A stretch of 64,000 nucleotides of DNA from Escherichia coli (GTDB lineage: Bacteria > Pseudomonadota > Gammaproteobacteria > Enterobacterales > Enterobacteriaceae), in the NCBI RefSeq assembly GCF_003018235.1, contig NZ_CP027439.1. The stretch is one strand, 5' to 3'. A program made the translations under genes and the position numbers. Shown in pieces: positions 31,908 through 43,109 of this stretch (the stretch's first letter is position 1; each line of letters begins with the position of its first letter). Below the pieces are notes generated by a model, which worked only from the letters and a program-made list of their open reading frames with translations, was not told where the DNA came from and searched no databases.

Positions 31908-33269
31908 ATGACATTAGCAGCAATCACCATGACCGCCCCGGAAGCCGCCAGCCCTGTGCAGATGTACCGCGCGACCTACTCACCGGATGACAACAAACTG
32001 CGCCTGTATGCCGCGTCACGTCTTGACCCGGAGACGTATAAGAAAGTCCATGATGCCGGTTTCCGCTGGGCACCAAAACAGGCGCTGTTTGTCGCGCCAG
32101 CTTGGACACCGGGCCGGGAAGATGTGCTCCTCTCACTTGCCGGAGAGATTGAGGATGAAGACAGCACACTCGCTGAACGTCAGGAAGCACGGGCGGAGCG
32201 GTTTACTGGATACAGCGGAAAGCGGGCCAGTGAATCCGCACAGGCACTTGATGAAGTGGAAAGACTGGCCGCGATGATCCCGCCCGGTCAGCCCATTCTT
32301 GTGGGGCATCACAGCGAACGCCGCGCCCGTCGTGATGCGCAGCGTATTGAAAACGGCATGAAACGTGCTGTGATGCTCTTTGAACGTGCAGAATACTGGG
32401 AAGAGCGGGCGCGCTCGGCACTGCTTCACGCGAAGTATAAAGAACGTCCGGACGTTCGCTGGCGTCGTATCAAAAAAATCGAAGCTGATTTGCGCAAGTC
32501 TGAAAAGACCATCGCGCAGTCGCAGAAATATCTGACGATGTGGCGGGCTGAATCGCTGGATCTGAATATGGCAAAACTCATCAGCAGTCATGACCATATC
32601 AGCGCCTGTTTCCCGCTGGATACGTATCCGCGCCCGGCAGAAAAAAGCCAGTATGAAGGAAGTCGCTCGTTATGGTCGGCCCTGGATGATGACATCATCA
32701 CCACGGAGCAGGCCCGTGAAATTGCGATCCGCTGTCATGAACGGCAGATTCAGCGTCAGCAACGCTGGGTTAACCACTATCAGAACCGCCTGATCTATGA
32801 GCGTGCCATGCTGGACGAAAGCGGCGGCGTGGTTACCCGGACACAGGATTTTGAGCCGGGCGGACAGGTTTTCAGCCGGGGTGAGTGGCTGACCATCATC
32901 CGCGTGAACAAAAGCAACGGGGCGGTGAGTTCAGTCACAACGCCAAATTACAGTTTTCTCGGGTACAGCGGCACGATGAAAGTGACGCCCGATCGCATCA
33001 CGGACTACAAAGCACCATCGGCAGAAGAGGCTGCCGTCGCCAGCCAGGCCGCGAAGCGTCCGCCGGTAGTCAACTATCCGGGGGAAGGTTTCCGGGAAAT
33101 GACAAAGGCACAGTGGGCCGCCCTGCCCCGGGACTGTAAGGCCGTGCGCAGTGTGGCAGAAGCAGAAGACCACGGGGCATACCGCTACCGCCGCACAATG
33201 GACAATAATTTCCGTCTGGTGAATGTGTATATCACCGACATGAAAATTACGGAAATCCCACAGAAATAA
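31908..33269 (+). CDS. Leading-region conserved hypothetical protein (453 aa)
   Basis: Long ORF with SD ggagaa upstream. Lies immediately upstream of the methyltransferase, as in F-like plasmids. Confidence 0.6.
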   Translation: MTLAAITMTAPEAASPVQMYRATYSPDDNKLRLYAASRLDPETYKKVHDAGFRWAPKQALFVAPAWTPGREDVLLSLAGEIEDEDSTLAERQEARAERFTGYSGKRASESAQALDEVERLAAMIPPGQPILVGHHSERRARRDAQRIENGMKRAVMLFERAEYWEERARSALLHAKYKERPDVRWRRIKKIEADLRKSEKTIAQSQKYLTMWRAESLDLNMAKLISSHDHISACFPLDTYPRPAEKSQYEGSRSLWSALDDDIITTEQAREIAIRCHERQIQRQQRWVNHYQNRLIYERAMLDESGGVVTRTQDFEPGGQVFSRGEWLTIIRVNKSNGAVSSVTTPNYSFLGYSGTMKVTPDRITDYKAPSAEEAAVASQAAKRPPVVNYPGEGFREMTKAQWAALPRDCKAVRSVAEAEDHGAYRYRRTMDNNFRLVNVYITDMKITEIPQK

Positions 33270-33315
33270 GGTATATCCCCCCGGGAAATCCCCGGGGGAT
33301 GACGGAGATAATGAC

Positions 33316-33879
33316 ATGCACAGTCAGTTAAAAGAACGTATCCGGCTGATGCGCGCAAGGCTGGATAACGCCGCGCCGGTTGCTGAAATCCGGGCTGAAT
33401 CTCAGCTTTTTGTGACTCCTGCCCCGGTCTGTGATCGCCTGGTGACGCTGGCGGAGATCAGCAACCGTGATCACATTCTGGAACCCTCTGCCGGCACCGG
33501 GGCCATACTGCGGGCGATTCGGGATACCGCGCCGGGGGCCATGTGTGATGCGGTGGAAATCAACAGCGGGCTGGTCCGGTATCTGCGGGAAAATTTTAAC
33601 GGTGTCAGGGTTCAGTGTGGCGACTTCATGGAATGGCAGCCGGTGCAGTATTACAGCCGGGTTATCATGAATCCGCCGTTCAGCCACGGGCAGGATATCC
33701 GGCATATCCTGCGGGCCTTTTCCCTGTTGCGTCCGGGTGGCGTGCTGGTTGCCGTCTGTCTGAACGGGCCGCGCCAGCAGGAGAAGCTGTTACCGTTTTC
33801 TGACGTCCGCGAGGAGCTGCCACGCGGCACGTTTGCTTATACCGATGTTCCGACGATGATTATTCGTCTGCGTGCCTGA
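33316..33879 (+). CDS. Orphan SAM-dependent DNA methyltransferase (N6-adenine/N4-cytosine class, NPPF motif)
   Basis: Motif I EPSAGTGA and motif IV NPPF. No restriction endonuclease partner is present. Confidence 0.8.
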   Translation: MHSQLKERIRLMRARLDNAAPVAEIRAESQLFVTPAPVCDRLVTLAEISNRDHILEPSAGTGAILRAIRDTAPGAMCDAVEINSGLVRYLRENFNGVRVQCGDFMEWQPVQYYSRVIMNPPFSHGQDIRHILRAFSLLRPGGVLVAVCLNGPRQQEKLLPFSDVREELPRGTFAYTDVPTMIIRLRA

Positions 33880-33884
33880 TGACT

Positions 33885-34700
33885 CCGGGCAGGCGGGAGG
33901 ACAAATGCCCGTCTGCCCGCGCCGGGAAAAGACCGCGCGCCGGTGGCGCTGAAAGGGGCCGCGCTCACGCGCCGCCCCTTACATTACGCGGACATTCTGC
34001 TGTGGGCTTCTGTCTTTTCAGACCTGTCATTTGTCTGTTACTGATGATGTTGTTGTTCCTGCTACTGCTACTGCTACTGCTACTGCTACTGCTACTGCTA
34101 CTGCTACTGTTCTTCTTTTTTCTGCTGTTCTGATTACTGCCTGTTTTGTTGTTCTCCTGCTTATGCCTTTTCCGGGCGTCCCCCTGGCGGGGCGGGCTGT
34201 CGTGAACGGAGCCAGCGAAGCTGTCTCCGCCCTGGCGGGCTTCCATCCCTGACGCGAAACCCCGGGCTTGCAGCGACCGTTCCGGTCGCGCCGCCTCTGT
34301 CGCGCCGTGGCCTGCGCTCCCGGCATCCCGGCAAAAGGCCGCCGGGATGTAAGGGGCAACGCCGTTTCGCAAACCGCGCTTCACGTCGTTGCGGCGGGTC
34401 CCTGTCCGTTGTTGTGTCCGGTGCCATTCACCTGTTTAAGCCCCTGTCGCCGGGGGCTGATACAGCCACAACCGTCTCCGCCAGTCCAGGGGTGAAATGT
34501 ACATCCCGCAAAACTTTTTGCCCAAAAGCAGGCAAAAACTTTTGCGGTCTGCCCCCGGACAGTCGTTTCCGGCCGTGGCAGTGATGCCCCTTGCGGCGAA
34601 GGTTCTCAAAAAGGTGATGGTGAATACCGGAGGGAACAAAAGGCAGGTCCCCGCAAAACGTCAAAACCGCGGCTCCCGAAACTCAAAAGATGATGGGGGC
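33885..34700 (+). repeat. Leading-region repeat copy B (Frpo/ssi-like) immediately upstream of ssb
   Basis: Shares a ~450-bp core with copies A and C. The hairpin variant caaaactttttgcc-N8-ggcaaaaacttttg carries a compensatory base-pair change. Confidence 0.75.
34058..34102. repeat. Hexanucleotide microsatellite (CTGCTA) x 7.5
   Basis: Perfect tandem repeat inside copy B. Copy A has a CTT-rich tract at the equivalent position (30817-30861). Confidence 0.9.
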
Positions 34701-34728
34701 TGAAAACATCAACAGAAGGAGGCACATC

Positions 34729-35558
<830 letters not shown>

Positions 35559-35621
35559 GAGAGGTGCCGGACGGGAACGCGTCCGGCAGACATACAACCA
35601 TCCCGGTCAAAGGAGAAATAT

Positions 35622-37580
35622 ATGTCAGTTACAGAGTCTAAGACAAAAACGGAGCGTAAATCCAGCCGTAAACCTGCAAAAACGCAGGAAACAGTCCTGT
35701 CTGCCCTGCTGGCGCAGACGGAGGAAGTGAGCGTGCCGCTGGCCTCACTGATTAAATCACCGCTGAATGTGCGCACGGTGCCGTATTCTGCGGAGTCCGT
35801 CAGCGAACTGGCGGACTCCATTAAAGGCGTCGGCCTGTTACAGAATCTGGTTGTTCATGCCCTGCCAGGTGACCGTTACGGTGTCGCCGCAGGTGGTCGC
35901 CGACTGGCTGCACTCAACATGCTGGCAGAGCGTGGCATCATTCCGGCTGACTGGCCTGTCCGTGTGAAGGTCATTCCGCAGGAGCTGGCGACGGCGGCAT
36001 CAATGACTGAAAACGGTCATCGTCGGGATATGCACCCTGCTGAACAGATTGCCGGATTCCGCGCAATGGCGCAGGAAGGCAAAACACCTGCACAAATCGG
36101 TGATTTGCTGGGCTATTCACCCCGCCATGTCCAGCGAATGCTGAAACTGGCAGATCTTGCGCCTGTCATCCTCGATGCGCTGGCAGAAGACCGCATCACC
36201 ACCGAACACTGTCAGGCGCTGGCACTGGAGAACGACACCGCGCGTCAGGTGCAGGTGTTTGAAGCCGCCTGCCAGTCAGGATGGGGTGGAAAACCGGAAG
36301 TGCAGACCATTCGTCGTCTGGTGACCGAAAGTGAAGTGGCGGTGGCGGGGAACAGTAAATTCCGCTTCGTGGGGGCTGATGCCTTCTCGCCAGATGAACT
36401 GCGCACCGATTTGTTCAGCGACGACGAGGGTGGCTATGTGGACTGTGTTGCGCTCGATGTCGCCCTGCTGGAAAAACTCCAGGCTGTCGCAGAGTTCCTT
36501 CGGGAAGCCGAAGGCTGGGAATGGTGCGCCGGACGTATGGAGCCTGTTGGTGAGTGCCGTGAGGATGCCGGAACATACCGCTGTCTGCCGGAGCCGGAAG
36601 CGGTGCTGACGGAGGCGGAAGAAGAACGCCTGAACGAACTGATGGCACGTTACGACGCGCCGGAAAACCAGAGTGAGGAATCCGACCTGCTGGAAGCCGA
36701 AATGAAGCTGATGCGCTGCATGGCGAAGGTCAGGGCGTGGACGCCGGAGATGCGTGCCGGAAGTGGCGTGGTGGTGTCCTGGCGTTATGGCAACGTGTGT
36801 GTCCAGCGTGGTGTGCAGTTGCGCAGTGAGGATGATGTGGCTGATAACGATTACCGCACGGAACAGGTGCAGGAGAAAGCCTCAGTGGAGGAAATCAGTC
36901 TGCCGCTGCTGACGAAAATGTCCTCAGAGCGCACGCTGGCAGTCCAGGCGGCACTGATGCAGCAATCAGACAAATCCCTGGCACTTCTGGCATGGACACT
37001 CTGTCTGAATGTATTTGGCAGTGGAGCGTACAGCAATCCCGCCAGAATCCGCCTGGAATGTGAGCATTATTCGCTGACCAGCGATGCGCCGTCAGGGAAG
37101 GAAGGTGCCGCATTCATGGCGATGATGGCAGAAAAAGCCCGTCTTGCCGCCCTGCTGCCGGATGGATGGGCACGGGATATGACGACGTTCCTGTCACTCA
37201 GTCAGGAGGTGCTGTTATCACTGCTCAGTTTCTGCACCGCGTGCAGTATCCACGGTGTCCAGACCCGTGAGTATGGTCACACGTCACGCAGTCCGCTGGA
37301 TTCGCTGGAAAGCGCCATCGGCTTTCACATGCGCGACTGGTGGCAGCCGACAAAAGCAAACTTCTTCGGACACCTGAAAAAGCCGCAGATTATCGCAGCC
37401 CTGAATGAGGCAGGACTGTCCGGTGCTGCACGGGACGCGGAGAAGATGAAGAAAGGCGATGCGGCTGAACATGCAGAGTTCCACATGAAAGACAACCGCT
37501 GGGTGCCTGGCTGGATGTGTGCACCACGCCCACAGACGGATGCCACTGAACGCACCGATAACCTGGCTGATGCCGCCTGA
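35622..37580 (+). CDS. ParB-like nuclease domain protein (leading-region 'ParB-like' protein)
   Basis: N-terminal ParB/Srx domain (…VRTVPYSAESVSELADSIKGVGLLQNLVV…GGRRLAAL). 652 aa. Confidence 0.75.
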   Translation: MSVTESKTKTERKSSRKPAKTQETVLSALLAQTEEVSVPLASLIKSPLNVRTVPYSAESVSELADSIKGVGLLQNLVVHALPGDRYGVAAGGRRLAALNMLAERGIIPADWPVRVKVIPQELATAASMTENGHRRDMHPAEQIAGFRAMAQEGKTPAQIGDLLGYSPRHVQRMLKLADLAPVILDALAEDRITTEHCQALALENDTARQVQVFEAACQSGWGGKPEVQTIRRLVTESEVAVAGNSKFRFVGADAFSPDELRTDLFSDDEGGYVDCVALDVALLEKLQAVAEFLREAEGWEWCAGRMEPVGECREDAGTYRCLPEPEAVLTEAEEERLNELMARYDAPENQSEESDLLEAEMKLMRCMAKVRAWTPEMRAGSGVVVSWRYGNVCVQRGVQLRSEDDVADNDYRTEQVQEKASVEEISLPLLTKMSSERTLAVQAALMQQSDKSLALLAWTLCLNVFGSGAYSNPARIRLECEHYSLTSDAPSGKEGAAFMAMMAEKARLAALLPDGWARDMTTFLSLSQEVLLSLLSFCTACSIHGVQTREYGHTSRSPLDSLESAIGFHMRDWWQPTKANFFGHLKKPQIIAALNEAGLSGAARDAEKMKKGDAAEHAEFHMKDNRWVPGWMCAPRPQTDATERTDNLADAA

Positions 37581-37634
37581 TGAACAACCACACCGCCCCG
37601 CCGGAGACGGGGCGGCAGCAAGGGAGATACCGTG

Positions 37635-38069
37635 ATGAAAACTGAACTGACCCTGAATGTATTACAGACCATGAACGCACAGGAATATGAAGATATCCGG
37701 GCTGCCGGAAGTGATGAACGCCGTGAGCTGACTCACGCCGTGATGCGGGAGCTGGATGCGCCGGATAACTGGACGATGAACGGCGAGTACGGCAGCGAGT
37801 TTGGCGGCTTTTTCCCCGTCCAGGTCCGTTTCACGCCTGCCCACGAACGTTTTCACCTGGCGTTATGTTCACCGGGCGATGTCTCTCAGGTCTGGGTGCT
37901 GGTTCTGGTGAATGCCGGTGGTGAGCCGTTTGCGGTGGTTCAGGTACAGCGGCGGTTTGCACCGGAAGCCGTCAGCCATTCACTGGCACTGGCGGCGTCA
38001 CTGGATACGCAGGGGTACAGCGTTAACGACATCATCCATATCCTGATGGCGGAAGGAGGTCAGGTATGA
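37635..38069 (+). CDS. psiB: Plasmid SOS inhibition protein PsiB
   Basis: [41 protein letters not shown]… is near-identical to my recollection of F PsiB. Confidence 0.9.
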   Translation: MKTELTLNVLQTMNAQEYEDIRAAGSDERRELTHAVMRELDAPDNWTMNGEYGSEFGGFFPVQVRFTPAHERFHLALCSPGDVSQVWVLVLVNAGGEPFAVVQVQRRFAPEAVSHSLALAASLDTQGYSVNDIIHILMAEGGQV

Positions 38070-38785
38070 GCGTACGTTCACAGGCACTGGTTCCCCTCAG
38101 CACAGAGCAACAGGCCGCATGGCGGGCGGTGGCGGAGACAGAAAAACGCCGCCATCAGGGTAACACGCTGGCGGAATATCCGTATGCGGGGGCGTTTTTC
38201 CGCTGTCTGAACGGAAGCCGCAGGATATCGCTGTCTGACCTGCGATTTTTCATGCCGTCCCTGACCGCAGAAGAACTGCACGGCAACCGTCTTCAGTGGC
38301 TGTATGCAGTCGATGTGCTGATTGAAACACAGGGCGAGGTCTGCCTCCTTCCCCTTCCCGGTGATGCAGCAGAGCGGTTGTTTCCGTCGGTGCGGTTTCG
38401 TGTCAGGGAGCGCAGTCGCCATAAATCCGCGCTGGTCATGCAGAAGTACAGCCGCCAGCAGGCACGGGAGGCAGAGCAGAAAGCCCGTGCGTACCAGGCG
38501 CTGGTCGCTCAGGCTGAAATCGAACTGGCATTCCATTCGCCGGAAACAGTCGGAAGCTGGCATGCACGCTGGAGTGACCGGGTGGCAGAGCATGACCTGG
38601 AAACCCTGTTCTGGCAGTGGGGCGAGCGTTTTCCGTCACTGGCCGGAATGGAACGCTGGCAGTGGCAGGATATGCCGTTCTGGCAGGTTATTGCGGAAGC
38701 CAGTCTTGCAGCAAGAGAGGCCGGTCACGCTGTCCGTGAGATGGAGCGGTGGATGGTGCCGAACAAACTCCGGGAGGCTGCGTGA
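38066..38785 (+). CDS. psiA: PsiA
   Basis: 239-aa protein translationally coupled to psiB, in the expected position and size. Confidence 0.85.
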   Translation: MSVRSQALVPLSTEQQAAWRAVAETEKRRHQGNTLAEYPYAGAFFRCLNGSRRISLSDLRFFMPSLTAEELHGNRLQWLYAVDVLIETQGEVCLLPLPGDAAERLFPSVRFRVRERSRHKSALVMQKYSRQQAREAEQKARAYQALVAQAEIELAFHSPETVGSWHARWSDRVAEHDLETLFWQWGERFPSLAGMERWQWQDMPFWQVIAEASLAAREAGHAVREMERWMVPNKLREAA

Positions 38786-38989
38786 TGCGGCAACAATCAC
38801 ACAGATTACCCGTAAACAGCCTGAATGAGCGGGTTATTTTCAGGAAAAGTGAGTGTGGTCAGCGTGCAGGGATATGGGCTATGATGTGCCCGGCGCTTGA
38901 GGCTTTCTGCCTCATGACGTGAAGGTGGTTTGTTGCCGTGTTGTGTGGCAGAAAGAAGATAGCCCCGTAGTAAGTTAATTTTCATTAAC

Positions 38990-39060
38990 CACCACGAGGC
39001 ATCCCTATGTCTAGTCCACATCAGGATAGCCTCTTACCGCGCTTTGCGCAAGGAGAAGAA
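38990..39060 (-). ncRNA. sok: Sok-like antisense RNA of the hok/mok module (approximate)
   Basis: Inferred from the hok/mok arrangement. Sok is antisense to the mok translation-initiation region. Boundaries are not determined from sequence. Confidence 0.35.
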
Positions 39061-39219
39061 GGCCATGAAACTACCACGAAGTTCCCTTGTCTGGTGTGTG
39101 TTGATCGTGTGTCTCACACTGTTGATATTCACTTATCTGACACGAAAATCGCTGTGCGAGATTCGTTACAGAGACGGACACAGGGAGGTGGCGGCTTTCA
39201 TGGCTTACGAATCCGGTAA
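39007..39219 (+). CDS. mok: Mok (modulator of killing) overlapping reading frame
   Basis: 70-codon ORF overlapping hok in another frame, as in hok/sok loci. Confidence 0.6.
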   Translation: MSSPHQDSLLPRFAQGEEGHETTTKFPCLVCVDRVSHTVDIHLSDTKIAVRDSLQRRTQGGGGFHGLRIR

Positions 39220-39223
39220 GTAG
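39065..39223 (+). CDS. hok: Hok/Gef-family type I toxin (FlmA/Hok)
   Basis: [52 protein letters not shown], 52 aa, matches Hok as far as I recall it. Not in the ORF track because it is shorter than 60 aa. Confidence 0.9.
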   Translation: MKLPRSSLVWCVLIVCLTLLIFTYLTRKSLCEIRYRDGHREVAAFMAYESGK

Positions 39224-39439
39224 CAACCTGGAGGCGGGCGCAGGCCCGCCTTTTCAGGACTGATGCTGGTCTGACTACTGAAGCGCCTTTATAAAGGGGC
39301 TGCTGGTTCGCTGGTAGCCCCTTTCTCCTTGCTGATGTTGTACGGGCATGAACAACCTGACTTCAGGAAGATCGTTTCCCTTCAGGAACGGGGATGAACG
39401 CGCGCCTGCGGCGCCCGTTCTTTTCCCCCGCCTTCTCTG

Positions 39440-40130
39440 GTTATGGCCTGTCAGAAATCACATCACCTTCCCTGTGATTATTCTCTTTTTCTTCCTGCTC
39501 TGATTCTGACTACTGCAGTGTTGTCCTGTCTGCTAGGCGCACCTTCGGCTCCCGGCTGCCTGGCGGCATCCGGTCGTCAGGCCCGACTCCGACAGGCAGC
39601 TGCTGGCGCACCTGCCAGTCTCCGCCGAACCCGCTGGCGCGGTTTCGGGCTGTCGCTACGGTCCGATGCGTGAAAACCACAGGCTTGCAGCGACCGTTCC
39701 GGTCGCGCCGCCTCTGTCGCGCCGTAGCCTGCGCTCCCGGCATCCCGGCAAAAGGCCGCCGGGATGTAAGGGGCAACGCCGTTTCGCAAACCGCGCTTCA
39801 CGTCGTTGCGGCGGGTCCCTGCCCGTTGTTGTGTCCGGTGCCATTCACCTGTTTAAGCCCCTGTCGCCGGGGGCTGATACAGCCACAACCTGCCGCACTG
39901 ACTGTCCAGGGTAAATGAACAGCCCACAAAATTTTTTACCCAAAACCCGGTAAAAAATTTTGCGTTCTGCCCAGGACAGGTGCGTCAGGCCGTGGCAGTG
40001 ATGCCCCTTGCGGCGAAGGTTCTCAAACAGGTGATGGTTAATACCGGAGGGAACAAAAGGCAGGTCCCCGCAAAACGTCAAAACCGCGGCTCCCGAAACT
40101 CAACAGATGATGGGGGCTGAAAACCAGAGA
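39440..40130 (+). repeat. Leading-region repeat copy C (Frpo/ssi-like), upstream of the DUF905/DUF932 genes
   Basis: Near-identical to copy A across 39680-40130, including the hairpin. Confidence 0.75.
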
Positions 40131-40137
40131 AAGCAGG

Positions 40138-40425
40138 ATGAGTACCCGAAATATCCACGTTAACACCGCGTCGTACACGCTTCTTGTTGCCGGGAAGAAA
40201 AAAAACACCGGGGAAGAGTGGGACGTCCTGGAATTCAGCAGCCTGACTGAGCTGAAAAAATATCGCAAAAGCCACCCGGAAAAGATGGCCTTCAGCTATA
40301 GCTACGCGCTCAGCCAGGGTGTGGATACGCAGTTCCGCCATATCAACATTGCGGAAGCTGATCACTTCAAACAGTTCCTGCGTCAGATTAAGCGTGCCGG
40401 CCTCGATATCCGGGCGATCTGCTGA
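40138..40425 (+). CDS. Leading-region small protein (DUF905-like)
   Basis: 95-aa ORF immediately downstream of repeat C. Confidence 0.55.
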   Translation: MSTRNIHVNTASYTLLVAGKKKNTGEEWDVLEFSSLTELKKYRKSHPEKMAFSYSYALSQGVDTQFRHINIAEADHFKQFLRQIKRAGLDIRAIC

Positions 40426-40542
40426 CCGGATGTGATGAATATCCCTCCTGATTGTTGCAATGTTGTTAATGGAGAACGGGGGGATGATATTAAGCGGAAA
40501 AATTTTTTATTAAATTTATTCTTTCATAAAGGAGTAGCTGTT

Positions 40543-41364
40543 ATGCGATTAGCTTCCCGTTTTGGTCGGTATAATTCCATCCGCCGTGAACGTCCTTTAA
40601 CGGATGATGAATTAATGCAGTTCGTGCCTTCGGTATTTTCCGGTGATAAACATGAGTCCCGGAGTGAACGTTATACGTATATTCCAACAATCAATATCAT
40701 CAATAAGTTACGTGATGAAGGTTTCCAGCCATTCTTTGCCTGTCAGAGTCGGGTTCGTGATTTGGGGCGTCGGGAATACAGTAAATATATGTTACGTCTT
40801 CGTAGGGAAGGGCATATTAACGGGCAGGAAGTTCCTGAAATTATCCTGCTTAATTCACATGATGGTTCATCCAGTTATCAGATGATCCCGGGAATTTTTC
40901 GTTTTGTCTGCACAAATGGCCTGGTGTGCGGAAATAATTTTGGCGAAATCCGCGTTCCACATAAAGGTGATATTGTCGGGCAGGTTATCGAGGGAGCGTA
41001 TGAAGTGCTCGGTGTCTTTGATAAGGTCACTGATAATATGGAGGCAATGAAAGAAATTCATCTTAACAGTGACGAGCAACATTTATTTGGCAGAGCTGCC
41101 CTGATGGTCAGGTATGAAGATGAAAATAAAACGCCGGTGACGCCTGAACAGATAATTACTCCCCGTCGTCGGGAGGATAAACAGAACGATCTCTGGACAA
41201 CCTGGCAGCGGGTTCAGGAGAATATGATAAAAGGTGGATTATCGGGGCGAAGTGCCTCCGGGAAAAATACCAGGACAAGAGCCATTACAGGTATTGATGG
41301 TGATATAAGAATCAACAAAGCATTATGGATGATTGCCGAACAGTTCAGGGAGTGGAAGTCATGA
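40543..41364 (+). CDS. DUF932-domain protein (leading region)
   Basis: SD aaggag lies 8 nt upstream. The family is typical of IncF leading regions. Confidence 0.7.
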   Translation: MRLASRFGRYNSIRRERPLTDDELMQFVPSVFSGDKHESRSERYTYIPTINIINKLRDEGFQPFFACQSRVRDLGRREYSKYMLRLRREGHINGQEVPEIILLNSHDGSSSYQMIPGIFRFVCTNGLVCGNNFGEIRVPHKGDIVGQVIEGAYEVLGVFDKVTDNMEAMKEIHLNSDEQHLFGRAALMVRYEDENKTPVTPEQIITPRRREDKQNDLWTTWQRVQENMIKGGLSGRSASGKNTRTRAITGIDGDIRINKALWMIAEQFREWKS

Positions 41365-41660
41365 TAATATAAGTAAAGCCCCGAAAAATTTTTCGGGGCT
41401 TTACTTATATTATCATCCTGCGGCATTGCTATGTCGTCTGATATGCCTCAATTTCATCAACTGGCTTTTCGGTAGTATGTAAATATTGTGCCCGCGAAAA
41501 ATGGTCTGGCAGGAGGCTGCGCAGTTACCGGATATATATAAGATGGGTTCCCGCTTTGCGGGGCTTCGGCCAGTCAGTATTGTCACTCATATGATATTTT
41601 TGTGTGTGGCCTTCCATGCCGCTTTTGCGGCATAACCGATATCTGACAATGTCTGTAAGA

Positions 41661-42170
41661 TTAATTGTTCTGCACGCTGTTAATTTCCGGAAGTGATTTC
41701 TTCGTGGTCGGAACCTGGATGCCTTTACTGCTCTTTATCCCGGTATAAATCCGGTAAACCTCTGATGCGTAGGCAAGACGTCTCTGGTTCTGGCGTTCGG
41801 TCTTCCTGAATCCAGCATTGTATGCACCAACGGCCTCCCAGGAGACGCCCCATTTTTTAAAGGCTATTGCCAGATAATAAGCACCGGTATAAATGTTCAT
41901 GCAGGGATCTGTTGTCAGATGTTCCGGCTTAATTCCATAGCGGGCCAGTTCGTTAAAATGCTGGGAATCTACCTGCATCAGTCCGCTGCCATATCCCGTT
42001 ACCGGATTAATACCGATGGCATTAACCCGGTAACGGGATTCTTTCCATGATATTGCTCTCAGTAAATCAGGATCTATTTTGTAATCCCGGCCTGCAAGAT
42101 CAAAGCAATCAGTGGCATGGCAGATCTCATTTATAAACATCAGGCAGATGGCTAACATCCATTTTTTCAT
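41661..42170 (-). CDS. Lytic transglycosylase (F orf169/geneX-like SLT domain), secreted
   Basis: Signal peptide [15 protein letters not shown] motifs (…ISWKESRY… GLMQV… AYNAG). Start chosen at MKKWML with SD aggtgg. Confidence 0.85.
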   Translation of the reverse strand: MKKWMLAICLMFINEICHATDCFDLAGRDYKIDPDLLRAISWKESRYRVNAIGINPVTGYGSGLMQVDSQHFNELARYGIKPEHLTTDPCMNIYTGAYYLAIAFKKWGVSWEAVGAYNAGFRKTERQNQRRLAYASEVYRIYTGIKSSKGIQVPTTKKSLPEINSVQNN

Positions 42171-42244
42171 TTTTCCACCTCTGGTGACTTTATCCGTAAA
42201 TAATTTAACCCACTCCACAAAAAGGCTCAACAGGTTGGTGGTTC

Positions 42245-42290
42245 TCACCACCAAAAGCACCACACCCCACGCAAAAACAAGTTTTTGCTG
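42245..42290 (-). promoter_or_regulatory. oriT: F-type oriT nick region (nic between 42261 and 42262 on the minus strand)
   Basis: The reverse complement reads gcgtggggtgt|ggtgcttttggtggtgagaaccacc, matching the F oriT nic sequence. Confidence 0.8.
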
Positions 42291-42402
42291 ATTTTTCTTT
42301 ATAAATAGAGAGTTATGAAAAATTAGTTTCTCTTACTCTCTTTATGATATTTAAAAAAGCGGTGGTACTGACTATTTTTATAAAAAACATTATTTTATAT
42401 TA

Positions 42403-42470
42403 GGGGCGCTGCTAGCGGCGCGGTGTGTTTTTTTATAGGATAACGCCAGGGGCGCTGCTAGCGGTGCGTC
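42403..42470. promoter_or_regulatory. Direct repeats aggggcgctgctagcgg(c/t)gcg (x2): candidate TraM binding sites (sbm-like) and traM promoter region
   Basis: Two 22-bp near-identical direct repeats 46 bp apart, upstream of traM. Confidence 0.5.
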
Positions 42471-42539
42471 CCTGTTTGCATTATGAATTTTAGTGTTTCG
42501 AAATTAACTTTATTTTATGTTCAAAAAAGGTAATCTCTA

Positions 42540-42923
42540 ATGGCTAAGGTGAACCTGTATATCAGCAATGATGCTTATGAAAAAATAAATGCGATTATTG
42601 AGAAGCGTCGACAGGAAGGGGCAAGGGAAAAAGATATCAGTTTTTCAGCAACAGCTTCAATGCTTCTTGAACTGGGGCTTCGTGTACATGAGGCTCAGAT
42701 GGAGCGTAAAGAGTCTGCATTTAATCAGACTGAGTTTAATAAATTGCTTCTTGAATGCGTTGTAAAAACACAATCATCAGTAGCGAAAATTTTGGGTATT
42801 GAGTCTCTCAGTCCTCATGTCTCCGGAAATCCAAAGTTTGAATATGCCAATATGGTTGAAGATATCAGGGAGAAGGTATCATCTGAGATGGAGCGATTTT
42901 TTCCAAAAAATGATGATGAATAA
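42540..42923 (+). CDS. traM: TraM (relaxosome accessory protein)
   Basis: MAKVNLYISNDAYEKINAIIEKRRQEGAREKDISFSATASMLLELGLRV… 127 aa. Confidence 0.95.
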   Translation: MAKVNLYISNDAYEKINAIIEKRRQEGAREKDISFSATASMLLELGLRVHEAQMERKESAFNQTEFNKLLLECVVKTQSSVAKILGIESLSPHVSGNPKFEYANMVEDIREKVSSEMERFFPKNDDE

Positions 42924-43029
42924 AAGAAATTTGACTTCGTTCAAATATCAGAGTTTTTATGATTTAAAAGGGTGACAGTACGAAAGATAATTAGTATATT
43001 AATTACGTGGTTAATGCCACGTTAAAATT

Positions 43030-43108
43030 TGAATTTGAAAATCGCCGATGCAGGGAGTTCACGTCTCCCTGCATCGACTGTCCATAGAATCCTTTGTGAG
43101 GAGGTTCC
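43030..43108 (-). ncRNA. finP: FinP antisense RNA (approximate), antisense to the traJ leader
   Basis: Stem-loop gatgcagggag-ttcacgtc-tccctgcatcg in the traJ 5' UTR, as in F FinP/traJ stem-loop I. Ends are not defined. Confidence 0.45.
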
Positions 43109-43109
43109 T

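Noticed and set aside
33879-34133. 84-aa ORF with a long poly-leucine run
   Set aside because: The poly-L is the in-frame translation of the (CTGCTA)n microsatellite. It is not a real transmembrane protein.
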